Source of the DNA: Actinomycetes bacterium
GTDB taxonomy: Bacteria; Actinomycetota; Acidimicrobiia; Acidimicrobiales; Ilumatobacteraceae
Direction: 5' to 3'
NCBI GenBank assembly: GCA_031426215.1
Contig: JANPKU010000021.1
Location: 656-64,655 of the forward strand
DNA: 64,000 bases
Shown: piece after piece, positions 18,262 through 26,723 of the stretch
Layout: each line of letters starts with the position of its first letter
Position numbering within the stretch: position 1 is the stretch's first letter
Notes under the pieces: generated by a model
Told to the model about the DNA's origin: nothing
Database searches by the model: none
What the model saw: only the letters and a program-made list of their open reading frames with translations
Made by a program: the position numbers and the translations under genes

Positions 18262-19380
18262 CTATTCGATGACCGCCACTTCGTGCAGTTCGGTTCGAGA
18301 CGACCCGTGGGCCCGGCCGACTGCTCCACGGATCATTTCTGTCCCGAGCCGCTCGAAGGGATCGCGGCGAGCCACCTCGACGCGCCACGCGACGTACAGC
18401 ACCGCACCCAGGGTGATCGGGACGACATAGGTGAGCAGCCGGTACACGAGGACGCCTGCGAGCGCCGACGGTGCGTCCACACCCGCAGCGACGAGCGCAC
18501 CGGTCAGCCCGGCTTCGACCACGCCGACGCCGCCGGGAACCGGGACGAACGAACTGAGCAGCGTGACCACGAAGTACACGCGGGCGAACTCGATCAGACC
18601 CAGTTCATCACCCACGCCGAGCCCCCGCAGCGCGACGAGCAGGATGATCGCACCGATCGACTGCGCGAGAGCGGTGCTCGCCAGCAACCCGAAGGGGCGC
18701 ATCGCAACCGCCCGCAGGGAGGCTCGCACCTCGAGCAGACCCGCGCCAAGGTCGTGACATGCCATCCGGCCGGCCAACGACGGCCTCCGCACGATGGCAC
18801 GATCGGCCAGTTTTCGCACCACCGCGACCAGCCAGGCAGTGACGCGCTCGGATCGGAGTACCACCGCCCAGAACAACGCCGAACCCGTGACCACCACGGC
18901 ACACGCGCCGAGCATCGCGAGGTCGGTCGTCGTGGGCGATCGCTGCGTGATGTCCACCAGCAACACACCCAAGGGCAAGATCCACGTGACGAACGTCGTG
19001 GCGACCCCGTACGCGACCAGCATCGACGTGAAGGTCGTGTTGGGAACCGCCGCGTCACGGGCGATCGACCAACGCAGCCCGGTGCCCAATGGCCCGCCGA
19101 GTGGCACTCCCTTGCTGGCGGCGGTGCCGACGTCGTGGATGGTCAGCGAACGCAGGAACGACGTGGTGCCGAGCAGCCGTTGCACGATGCCGGCCCGACT
19201 TGCGCGTTCGACGACGCCCAGCCCGACCAGGACGGCCACGACACCGACCGACAGTGAACGCATCTCGCCGACGGCCTCGCCGATCGTGTTGCGTTGGAAC
19301 CACACCGCTCCCGCCAGGACGCCGCCGACCAGTACGACCAGCGTCACACGGACGAGATCGGTCGTCGATCGGCGGGCCAC
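18262..19380 (-). CDS. Polytopic membrane protein, LPG-synthase-TM/flippase-like (UPF0104-like)
   Basis: 372 aa with about 8 hydrophobic segments. The family call rests on general resemblance only. Confidence 0.55.
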   Translation of the reverse strand: MARRSTTDLVRVTLVVLVGGVLAGAVWFQRNTIGEAVGEMRSLSVGVVAVLVGLGVVERASRAGIVQRLLGTTSFLRSLTIHDVGTAASKGVPLGGPLGTGLRWSIARDAAVPNTTFTSMLVAYGVATTFVTWILPLGVLLVDITQRSPTTTDLAMLGACAVVVTGSALFWAVVLRSERVTAWLVAVVRKLADRAIVRRPSLAGRMACHDLGAGLLEVRASLRAVAMRPFGLLASTALAQSIGAIILLVALRGLGVGDELGLIEFARVYFVVTLLSSFVPVPGGVGVVEAGLTGALVAAGVDAPSALAGVLVYRLLTYVVPITLGAVLYVAWRVEVARRDPFERLGTEMIRGAVGRAHGSSRTELHEVAVIE

Positions 19381-19472
19381 GAACGGAAGGTATGCCCGTG
19401 ATGAACGGCGTGCGAAGTCAAGCCAGGCAGTAGTTTCTCCGGTGCGTGAACAACAACCTGAAGGAGAACATC

Positions 19473-20411
19473 ATGCGACGCTCCCCCGCCCTGCGCCGGA
19501 TCATCCCGGCCATCGCCGTCGGCGCCCTCGTCTTTGCCGCGTGCGGCAGTGACGACGATTCCAGCGACGCATCGGACACCACCGATGCCGCATCCGACGC
19601 TCCCGTCGACTCCGGCGTGACCGACACCACAGCCGCCGCCGCCGACGGCGACGCCGCAGGAGACTGCGCGGCCACGATCGACGAGGGTGTCCTCACCATC
19701 GCCACCGGGGAACCTGCCTTCTACCCGTGGGTGATCGACGACGCCCCGGAGACCGGCGAAGGATTCGAAGCTGCCGTCGCGTATGCCGTCGCCGCCGAGA
19801 TGGGCTACGAGGGCGACGCCGTCGTCTGGACGCGCACCACGTTCGACGAGGCGATCCAGCCCGGCGCGAAGTCGTTCGACATGAACCTCCAGCAGTACTC
19901 GATCACTCCCGAACGAGCCGAGAACATCGATTTCTCGCTGCCGTACTTCACGAGCAACCAGGCCATCGTCGCCCTCGAAGGCTCCTCGGCGGAGGGGGCG
20001 ACCACCGTTGCCGACCTCAAGGACGTCAAGTTCGGCGCCCAGGTCGGCACCACCAGCCTGGCGTTCATCACCGACGTCATCCAGCCCACCCAGGAACCGT
20101 TCGTGTACGACGACAACGTCGGCGCCAAGGCCGCGCTCGAAGCGAACCAGATTGACGCTGCCGTCTTCGACCTGCCGACCGCGCTGTTCGTGTCGGGTGT
20201 GGAGATCGAGGGCAGCGCCGTCGTCGGCCAGTTCCCCGCCGACGCCGGCGGCACGACCGATCAGTTCGGCTTCGTCCTCGAGAAGGACAGCGCCTTGACG
20301 TCATGCGTCGACGCTGCGATCACGACGCTCACCGAGAACGGCGAACTCGATGCGATCACCCAGGAATGGCTCTCGGACTTCACCGGTGCGCCGGTGATCA
20401 CGGTCGAGTGA
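19473..20411 (+). CDS. Amino-acid ABC transporter substrate-binding lipoprotein
   Basis: ATG 19473 sits 6 nt after GAAGGAG. Signal peptide with FAAC lipobox. Family-3 SBP-like body (FDMNLQQYSITPERAENIDFSLPYF). Confidence 0.85.
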   Translation: MRRSPALRRIIPAIAVGALVFAACGSDDDSSDASDTTDAASDAPVDSGVTDTTAAAADGDAAGDCAATIDEGVLTIATGEPAFYPWVIDDAPETGEGFEAAVAYAVAAEMGYEGDAVVWTRTTFDEAIQPGAKSFDMNLQQYSITPERAENIDFSLPYFTSNQAIVALEGSSAEGATTVADLKDVKFGAQVGTTSLAFITDVIQPTQEPFVYDDNVGAKAALEANQIDAAVFDLPTALFVSGVEIEGSAVVGQFPADAGGTTDQFGFVLEKDSALTSCVDAAITTLTENGELDAITQEWLSDFTGAPVITVE

Positions 20412-20442
20412 CCCGACCAGGCACCGACTTCTTCCTGCACTG

Positions 20443-21279
20443 ATGCCCGACCGACCGACCCGGCGCGAGCGCTACGAGCGCGCTCGACGCCGGCGGTCGG
20501 TCGTCGTCGCCGCGATCAGCACCATCGTGGTGGTCGGCGCGTTGATCGTGCTGATCCCGCTCACGCCCGGCTGGGAGCGGGTCCGTCAGGCGTTCTTCGA
20601 CGGTGACGTGTTCATCGACACGTTCCCCGGTCTGCTCGATGCGTTCTGGCTCGACGTGAGGATCCTGCTGTGGTCGACCCCGCCGATCCTGGTGGTGTCG
20701 CTGCTGGTCGCCCTCGCTCGCAACACCCGCAGCCCGGCTCTGTTCCCCCTGCGTGCGTTCGCCGTGATCTACACCGATGTGCTGCGCGGCATCCCCGTCA
20801 TCCTGCTCGTTTTCCTGATCGGCTTCGGCGTACCGGCGCTCGGCCTCTCACGCGAGTGGGCGAACCCGCTCATCTGGGGCAGCGTCACCCTCGTGCTGTC
20901 GTATTCGGCGTACACCGCCGAGATCATCCGGGCCGGCATCGACGCCGTACACGAGAGCCAGCGTGCCGGTGCGCGCTCGCTCGGCATGACGAGCAGCCAG
21001 ACGATGCGCACGATCGTCCTGCCACAGGCGTTCCGCAAGATCGTGCCGCCGCTGATGAACACCTTCGTGAGTCTCCAGAAGGACGTGGCGCTCGTGAGCC
21101 TGATCGGCCCGGTCGAGATCCTTCGCCAGGCGGGCATCGACAAGGCGACCTACGCGAACTTCACCCCGTACGTGGCGGCGTCGCTGATCTTCCTCGCACT
21201 CACCATCCCCTGCACCCGACTCGCCGACTGGGCACTGGCACGCCAGCGCGCCCGTACCGGAGCGACCACGATCGCATGA
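20443..21279 (+). CDS. Amino-acid ABC transporter permease
   Basis: 278 aa, multi-TM, with the EAA-like loop ESQRAGARSLGMTSSQTMRTIVLPQA. Confidence 0.9.
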   Translation: MPDRPTRRERYERARRRRSVVVAAISTIVVVGALIVLIPLTPGWERVRQAFFDGDVFIDTFPGLLDAFWLDVRILLWSTPPILVVSLLVALARNTRSPALFPLRAFAVIYTDVLRGIPVILLVFLIGFGVPALGLSREWANPLIWGSVTLVLSYSAYTAEIIRAGIDAVHESQRAGARSLGMTSSQTMRTIVLPQAFRKIVPPLMNTFVSLQKDVALVSLIGPVEILRQAGIDKATYANFTPYVAASLIFLALTIPCTRLADWALARQRARTGATTIA

Positions 21280-22049
21280 ACGACACCGCGAGCGCGCCGG
21301 TTCCCGCGATGAAACTCTCGATGCGAGGCGTCTGCAAGTCGTTCGGATCGACGGTCGTGCTCGACGGAATCGACCTCGACGTGGCCGAAGGCGATGTGAT
21401 CACGTTGATCGGTGCCTCCGGCTCCGGGAAGTCGACGTTGCTGCGCTGTCTGAACCTGCTCGAGCCGACCGACGACGGGCAGGTGCTCCTCGACGGTGTC
21501 GACATCGCCGAACCCGGCCTCGATCCCGATCCGATCCGGCGGCGCATCGGCATGGTGTTCCAGAGTTTCAATCTCTTCCCGCACATGAGCGTCATCGACA
21601 ACGTCACCATCGGCCCGCGCAAGGTGCTCGGCACCGACAAGTCGCAGGCACGACGAGACGGCCTCGAGATGCTCGAACGGCTCGGCCTCACCGAACGCGC
21701 CGAGGCGTACCCCGACCAGTTGTCGGGCGGTCAACAGCAGCGGGTGGCGATCGCCCGATCACTGGCGATGAACCCAGAGGTGCTGTTGCTCGACGAGATC
21801 ACCTCGGCGCTCGATCCCGAGTTGGTCGGTGAGGTACTCGACGTGGTCCGCAATTTGAAGGCCGCGGGTATGACGATGCTGTTCGCCACCCACGAGATGG
21901 CGTTCGCCCGCGAGATCAGCGACCGGGTCTGCTTCCTGCATCGCGGGCGCATCCTCGAAGAAGGCCCACCGTCGCAGATCTTCGAGTCACCCAGAGAGGC
22001 GCGTACGCAAGCGTTCCTCCAGCGCGTCATCGACGCCGGCCGACTCTGA
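21276..22049 (+). CDS. Amino-acid ABC transporter ATP-binding protein
   Basis: ATG 21276 overlaps the permease stop (ATGA). Walker A GASGSGKST, signature LSGGQQQR, Walker B LLLDE. Confidence 0.95.
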   Translation: MNDTASAPVPAMKLSMRGVCKSFGSTVVLDGIDLDVAEGDVITLIGASGSGKSTLLRCLNLLEPTDDGQVLLDGVDIAEPGLDPDPIRRRIGMVFQSFNLFPHMSVIDNVTIGPRKVLGTDKSQARRDGLEMLERLGLTERAEAYPDQLSGGQQQRVAIARSLAMNPEVLLLDEITSALDPELVGEVLDVVRNLKAAGMTMLFATHEMAFAREISDRVCFLHRGRILEEGPPSQIFESPREARTQAFLQRVIDAGRL

Positions 22050-22072
22050 CCCAACGCCGACTCGAACCCCGC

Positions 22073-23695
22073 TCAGGGCATCAGGGTCGTGGCGTACTCG
22101 TCGCGCAGGGTCTTCTTCGAGAACTTGCCGACACTCGTCTTGGGCACCTCATCGATCCAGACCACGCCCTTGGGCATCTGCCACTTGGCGATCTTGCCCT
22201 CGAGGAACGAGAGAACCTCGTCCTCGGTCAGTTCCTCGCCGGGAACGACCACCACGCACGCGAGCGGCGCCTCACCCCAGCGTTCGTGGGCGACACCGAT
22301 CACCGCGGCCTCGGCGATCTTCGGGTGGCCCATCAACTCGTTCTCGAGTTCGACCGAGCTGATCCACTCGCCGCCACTCTTGATGAGGTCCTTGGTCCGG
22401 TCGACCAGGCGGACGAAGCCGCGCTCGTTCACGGTGGCGACGTCGCCGGTCCTCAACCAGCCGTCGTCGGTGAAGCTCTCGCGGGAGCGGGCGTCGTCGT
22501 AGTAGTCCGAGGCGATCCAGTTGCCCCGGCACTGCAGCTCACCGCTGCTCTCGCCATCCCAGGGCACCGGGTTGGTCGTGCCCGGTTCGACCACACGGCA
22601 CTCGGCGCCGAACACGATGCGACCCACCTGCGTACGGAGCTCAGCCTGCTGGTCCTGCGGGAGCTGCTCCTGGTCGGCGTCGAGACGGCACACAGCGGCG
22701 ATCGGGCTGGTCTCGGTCATGCCCCACGCTTGGAAGATGGGCAGACCCGTCTGTTCGCGGTACGCCTCGGACAACGCCTTCGGCACCGCCGAGCCTCCGC
22801 ACGGGATGCTCCGCAGCGACGACGTGTCCTTGCCCTCCAATTCGGGCAGCACGGCCATCCAGATCGTGGGAACGCCTGCGGCCACGGTGACCTTCTCGTT
22901 CACGATCAGTTCGGCGATCGCTGGACCTGAGAGGTTGGGGCCGGGCATCACGAGGTTTGCGCCCGTCGCGACTGCGGCGTGGGCGAGCCCCCATGCGTTT
23001 GCGTGGAACATCGGAACCACCGGGAGGATCACGTCACTCTCGCGGGCACCGAGGCTGTCGGCGGTCATTGCGCCCATGGTGTGCAGGAACGTCGACCGGT
23101 GGGTGTACACGACGCCCTTGGGATTGCCGGTCGTGCCGCTCGTGTAACACATGCTCGCTGCCCGATGCTCGTCGTCGACGTGGAACTCGACGGGGTCAGC
23201 AGCGGCGAGGAGCTCCTCGTAGTCGAGGAGCTCATGGCCGGCGAGATCGGCGGGGATGTCGCCCGTTCCGTCGTCCATCATCACGAGATGCTTCACGTTC
23301 TCGAACGTGGGCAGCAGCGGTGCGAGCAGACCCAGCAGCGAACGGTCGACGAAGATCACCTCGTCGTCGGCATGGTTGACGATGTAGGTGAGCTGCTCGG
23401 GGAACAGCCGGATGTTGAGCGTGTGGAGCACCCGACCGGTGCACGGTGCGGCGAAATAGAGCTCGAGGTGGCGGGCGGTGTTCCATGCGAACGTTGCGAC
23501 GCGGCCGTCGGCGGAGATCCCGAGGTCGTCGAGCACGCCGCCGAGCTTGCGGGTGCGCTCCGCCCATGCGCCGTACGTGGTCCTCTGCAGGCCCGACCCG
23601 GTGGCGGTCACGATCACCTTGTGCGGGTGGTACTTCTCGGCCCGCTCGAAGATGTGGGGAATGGCGAGCGGAACGTCTTGCATCAGGCCCTGCAT
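22073..23695 (-). CDS. Long-chain fatty-acid--CoA ligase (AMP-binding family)
   Basis: AMP-binding motif YTSGTTGNPKGV, plus GWLRTGD and the C-terminal K (GKFSKK). Start at MQGLMQD (23695); 23758 is possible. Confidence 0.9.
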   Translation of the reverse strand: MQGLMQDVPLAIPHIFERAEKYHPHKVIVTATGSGLQRTTYGAWAERTRKLGGVLDDLGISADGRVATFAWNTARHLELYFAAPCTGRVLHTLNIRLFPEQLTYIVNHADDEVIFVDRSLLGLLAPLLPTFENVKHLVMMDDGTGDIPADLAGHELLDYEELLAAADPVEFHVDDEHRAASMCYTSGTTGNPKGVVYTHRSTFLHTMGAMTADSLGARESDVILPVVPMFHANAWGLAHAAVATGANLVMPGPNLSGPAIAELIVNEKVTVAAGVPTIWMAVLPELEGKDTSSLRSIPCGGSAVPKALSEAYREQTGLPIFQAWGMTETSPIAAVCRLDADQEQLPQDQQAELRTQVGRIVFGAECRVVEPGTTNPVPWDGESSGELQCRGNWIASDYYDDARSRESFTDDGWLRTGDVATVNERGFVRLVDRTKDLIKSGGEWISSVELENELMGHPKIAEAAVIGVAHERWGEAPLACVVVVPGEELTEDEVLSFLEGKIAKWQMPKGVVWIDEVPKTSVGKFSKKTLRDEYATTLMP

Positions 23696-23781
23696 GAAGT
23701 GCGAACGTAGCGCACGGCGCCGACGGTCGATCCAACGGGGGCGGTACCGTTTCGCCACATGAGCAACCCTGCGAGCGCCGC

Positions 23782-24423
23782 ATGAGCGAGAGTGCGGCGA
23801 TCGACGCCACCGAGCCGGTGCACGTTCGACCGGCCTGGGCGCCGCTCACGCTCCTTGCGTTCGTGCTGCTCGTGATCGCGACGAACATCGCCAGTGCCGT
23901 GTGGGCCCGGTGGGTCAACACCAATCCCGAGGGGTTGCTGATGTTGTCGTCGCGGAACCGCTATCTGGCACTGACGCTCGCGGCCGGCGTCCCGGTCGGC
24001 ACCTACGTGCTGATCGCGTTCGCACGAATCGGGGCCGCGTTCATGGTGTGTCACCTGATTGGACGGGCGTACCAGGACGATGCGATCGGATGGTTTCGCA
24101 AGTACTTGGGTGTCAACCCGGAGACCGTCGATTCGTTCAACCGAGGCTTCGCGAAGGCCGAATGGGTCCTGATCCCGTTCTTCGCCGGCTCGAACATCGT
24201 CGCGGCGCTCAGCGGTGTGCATCGCACACCACCCGTTCGCTTGGCGCTGCTGCTCTCGGTCGGTATCGCCGGGCGTCTGGCGCTCATGTGGTGGTTGGCG
24301 CGCACATTCGAGTCGCAGCTCGTCGACTTCCTCGAATGGCTGCAGCGCTACCAGTGGTGGGCCGTCGGCATCTCCGTCGCGATCGTGCTGCTCGTCAACG
24401 TCCGGAACTTTCGTAACGCCTGA
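23782..24423 (+). CDS. Hypothetical integral membrane protein
   Basis: 213 aa with about 5 hydrophobic segments. No motif recognised. Confidence 0.6.
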   Translation: MSESAAIDATEPVHVRPAWAPLTLLAFVLLVIATNIASAVWARWVNTNPEGLLMLSSRNRYLALTLAAGVPVGTYVLIAFARIGAAFMVCHLIGRAYQDDAIGWFRKYLGVNPETVDSFNRGFAKAEWVLIPFFAGSNIVAALSGVHRTPPVRLALLLSVGIAGRLALMWWLARTFESQLVDFLEWLQRYQWWAVGISVAIVLLVNVRNFRNA

Positions 24424-24461
24424 CCCGGGCATTTCCGCGTTGTTGCTGCTACAACGACCCC

Positions 24462-24956
24462 ATGGCTGAAGTCACCCTCGGGGGAAACCCCGTACACACG
24501 TCCGGAGATCTCCCCGCGATCGGTGCAGTTGCACCCGCCTACTCCCTGGTCGGCACCGACCTCGGCGAGTACGACGCCTCGGCGTTCGCCGGGAAGAACG
24601 TGATCCTCAACATCTTCCCGAGTGTCGACACCCCGACATGTGCCACGAGCGTTCGCCAGTTCAACGAGCGCGCCGCCGGCATGGACGACACCGTGGTGGT
24701 GTGCGTGTCCGCCGACCTTCCGTTCGCCATGGGCCGCTTCTGTGGTGCCGAGGGCATCGAGAACGTCAAGGTCGGCTCGACCTTCCGCTCCAGCTTCGGT
24801 GCCGACTACGGCGTCACGCTCACCGACGGCAAGCTGCAAGGCGTGCTCGCCCGTGCAGTCGTGGTGATCGGCCCCGACGGCACGGTCAAGCACAACGAGC
24901 TCGTCGCCGAGATCGCCCAAGAACCGAACTACGACGCCGCTCTCGCCGCTCTCTGA
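24462..24956 (+). CDS. tpx: Thiol peroxidase (Tpx, atypical 2-Cys peroxiredoxin)
   Basis: 164 aa. FPSVDTPTCA peroxidatic Cys motif and the resolving Cys context (VCVSADLPFA). Confidence 0.95.
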   Translation: MAEVTLGGNPVHTSGDLPAIGAVAPAYSLVGTDLGEYDASAFAGKNVILNIFPSVDTPTCATSVRQFNERAAGMDDTVVVCVSADLPFAMGRFCGAEGIENVKVGSTFRSSFGADYGVTLTDGKLQGVLARAVVVIGPDGTVKHNELVAEIAQEPNYDAALAAL

Positions 24957-25828
24957 TCACAGGTGTCATCTCGATTGGGGTCAGACCCCAATCGAGATCG
25001 GCCGGCGAAGACCAGATCGGTTGCGCATCGTGCGACGTCCGAGAGGGCCGGATCGCTCCGCAGCTTGTTTCGAGCTCGCGATGCAGCACATCTCCATGCG
25101 TTGCTGCCGCTCATTCCCAGCATCTCGGCGACCAATGCCTGATCGGTCTGCGAGCGATCGAGAACCCACGAGATCAGCACCGATCGTGCGTTCGCGGGTG
25201 CGGCGGAGGAGTCCATTCGTTCGGCGAGAACGATCGAGACCGCCTCGAACAGCATTCGGACCTCAGCGATTGTCAGAGCGCTCGGACACGTGCCCGCCTC
25301 GTTGCGGACGAATCGATCGAATGCAGTTGCATCGTATTCGAAGTGCTCCAGGACCTCGCCAGTTCGTAGCCACGACGGCGGCGAACGAAATCCGAGATAA
25401 GTCCGATGACTCGACCAGCGGTAGCCGGATGGGTCCGCGACTCCCGGCACGTCGAGCGCATTGCGATGGATGTACCGGCAAGCGGCGAGCAGGTACTCAT
25501 CGGACTCGATTCGGCGGGAATGAAAGCGGCCTCGGAAGAGCGCCCCATCTCGACCGAGGCGATCGTTGACACGGCGGGTGTAGATGGACCCAATGCGTTG
25601 CATCGCCTCCGAGAGCCCACCGTCGGGACAATGGACGAGAAGGTGATAGTGGTTGTCCATGAGGCAGTACGCGTACATCGACACTCCGAAGCGATCGTGG
25701 ACGTCGGCCAAGCGTTGCCCGAACTCGATCCGATCTCGGTCGTGGAAGTACACGGTGCCGTGGTCGATGCCACGATTCATCACGTGGTACAGGCCGTCTT
25801 CGATGTCTGGACGAAGTTGTCTGGGCAT
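24929..25828 (-). CDS. REP-associated tyrosine transposase-like protein (Y1/HUH, IS200/IS605 superfamily) with extra C-terminal helical region
   Basis: HUH motif DNHYHLLV and Tyr motif CRYIHRNAL. ATG 25828 (MPRQLRPD). The frame reads through palindrome copy a and stops 28 nt inside antisense tpx. Confidence 0.8.
   Translation of the reverse strand: MPRQLRPDIEDGLYHVMNRGIDHGTVYFHDRDRIEFGQRLADVHDRFGVSMYAYCLMDNHYHLLVHCPDGGLSEAMQRIGSIYTRRVNDRLGRDGALFRGRFHSRRIESDEYLLAACRYIHRNALDVPGVADPSGYRWSSHRTYLGFRSPPSWLRTGEVLEHFEYDATAFDRFVRNEAGTCPSALTIAEVRMLFEAVSIVLAERMDSSAAPANARSVLISWVLDRSQTDQALVAEMLGMSGSNAWRCAASRARNKLRSDPALSDVARCATDLVFAGRSRLGSDPNRDDTCDQRAARAAS
24968..24998. repeat. REP-like 31-nt perfect palindrome, copy a (centre A)
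   Basis: ATCTCGATTGGGGTC A GACCCCAATCGAGAT. Lies 11 nt after the tpx stop and inside the 3' end of the RAYT reading frame. Confidence 0.9.
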
Positions 25829-25855
25829 CAGACCATCATGACGAAGGGGTGTCAC

Positions 25856-25886
25856 ATCTCGATTGGGGTCTGACCCCAATCGAGAT
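25856..25886. repeat. REP-like 31-nt perfect palindrome, copy b (centre T)
   Basis: ATCTCGATTGGGGTC T GACCCCAATCGAGAT. Directly abuts the dapB stop codon (tca 25887..25889). Confidence 0.9.
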
Positions 25887-26657
25887 TCAGTCGAGGAAGG
25901 GGTCGAGGGAGCGACTCAGGCCTGGCACGACTGGAATCTTCTTGCAGGCAAGGATGACACCGGGCATGAAGCTCTCGCGGTCGTAGCTGTCCTGTCGGAT
26001 CGTCAGGGTCTGGCCCTGGGCTCCGAGAATCACCTCTTGGTGCGCGACCATGCCCCGCATGCGGACCGAGTGCACCCTGATGCCGTTCGGACCAAGCCCC
26101 CCGCGAGCACCGGCATAGACCTCGTCGGTGGTCGGATCCTCGCCGAACTCGCCACCTCGGGCGGCGCCCATTCGCTCGGCGGTCTTCACCGCCGTACCCG
26201 ATGGGGCATCGACCTTGCGGTCGTGGTGCAACTCGATGATCTCAGCGGTATCAAAGAACGGCGCCGCCATCTCGGCGAACCGCATCATCAGCACGGCAGA
26301 AATCGCGAAATTCGGGGCGATGACACAGTTGGGTCCGTCGGCGTTGCCGAAGGCCGCCTCGAACAGTTCGAAGTCGGCGACGGTGAACCCGGTGGTGCCG
26401 ACAACGGCGTGGATTCCGTGTTCGGCGAGCACTGGCAACAGCGCACGAGACGCATCGGCGACCGTGAAGTCGACCACGACGTCGCACGATGCATCGGCGA
26501 ACGCATCCGACGATTCGCTCACCACGACGCCTTCGATCGCTTTGCCGACTCCGAACTGGTCGACCGCGGCGACGAAAACGAGATCGGGGTCAGCAGCCAC
26601 CGCCGCACAAACGGTTCTCCCCATTCGTCCGGCGGCGCCGCTGACCCCAATTCTCAT
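25887..26657 (-). CDS. dapB: 4-hydroxy-tetrahydrodipicolinate reductase
   Basis: 256 aa. N-terminal MRIGVSGAAGRMG Rossmann motif and ELHHDRKVDAPSGTA catalytic motif. Confidence 0.95.
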   Translation of the reverse strand: MRIGVSGAAGRMGRTVCAAVAADPDLVFVAAVDQFGVGKAIEGVVVSESSDAFADASCDVVVDFTVADASRALLPVLAEHGIHAVVGTTGFTVADFELFEAAFGNADGPNCVIAPNFAISAVLMMRFAEMAAPFFDTAEIIELHHDRKVDAPSGTAVKTAERMGAARGGEFGEDPTTDEVYAGARGGLGPNGIRVHSVRMRGMVAHQEVILGAQGQTLTIRQDSYDRESFMPGVILACKKIPVVPGLSRSLDPFLD

Positions 26658-26687
26658 GTGTCCAGTCTGGCTGATGTCGAGGCCACC

Positions 26688-26706
26688 CCCGCGATTACAT
26701 CGCGGG
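26688..26706 (-). terminator. Hairpin downstream of pnp
   Basis: cccgcgat tac atcgcggg (8-bp stem), 17 nt after the pnp stop on the minus strand. No clear U-tract. Confidence 0.4.
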
Positions 26707-26723
26707 TCCGGCCCCTGTTGAAA

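Larger units (their letters stand above)
24968..25886 (-). mobile_element. REPtron-like unit: RAYT-type gene bracketed by two REP-like palindromes
   Basis: The Y1 transposase-like CDS is flanked on both sides by the same 31-nt palindrome. The unit fills the gap between the tpx and dapB 3' ends. Confidence 0.7.

Noticed and set aside
20670-21275. Long N-terminal extension of the ABC ATPase ORF (20670..22049)
   Set aside because: It overlaps the permease gene in another frame and is P/R-rich. The ATG at 21276 in an ATGA overlap gives a standard 257-aa ATPase.
25882-25890. A conserved TTCAG flank as a specific RAYT target site (seen next to the palindromes or hairpins at 25887, 54450, 47709 and 40165)
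   Set aside because: In every case TCA is simply the TGA stop of a minus-strand gene, with a C-ending last codon. That context is common in this genome, so only the identity of copies b and c is noted, under findings.
26641-26660. Possible fourth REP half-site (attggggtcag) at the dapB 5' end
   Set aside because: It is a 12-nt match only, with no complementary arm. It simply encodes RIGVSG of the dapB Rossmann motif.
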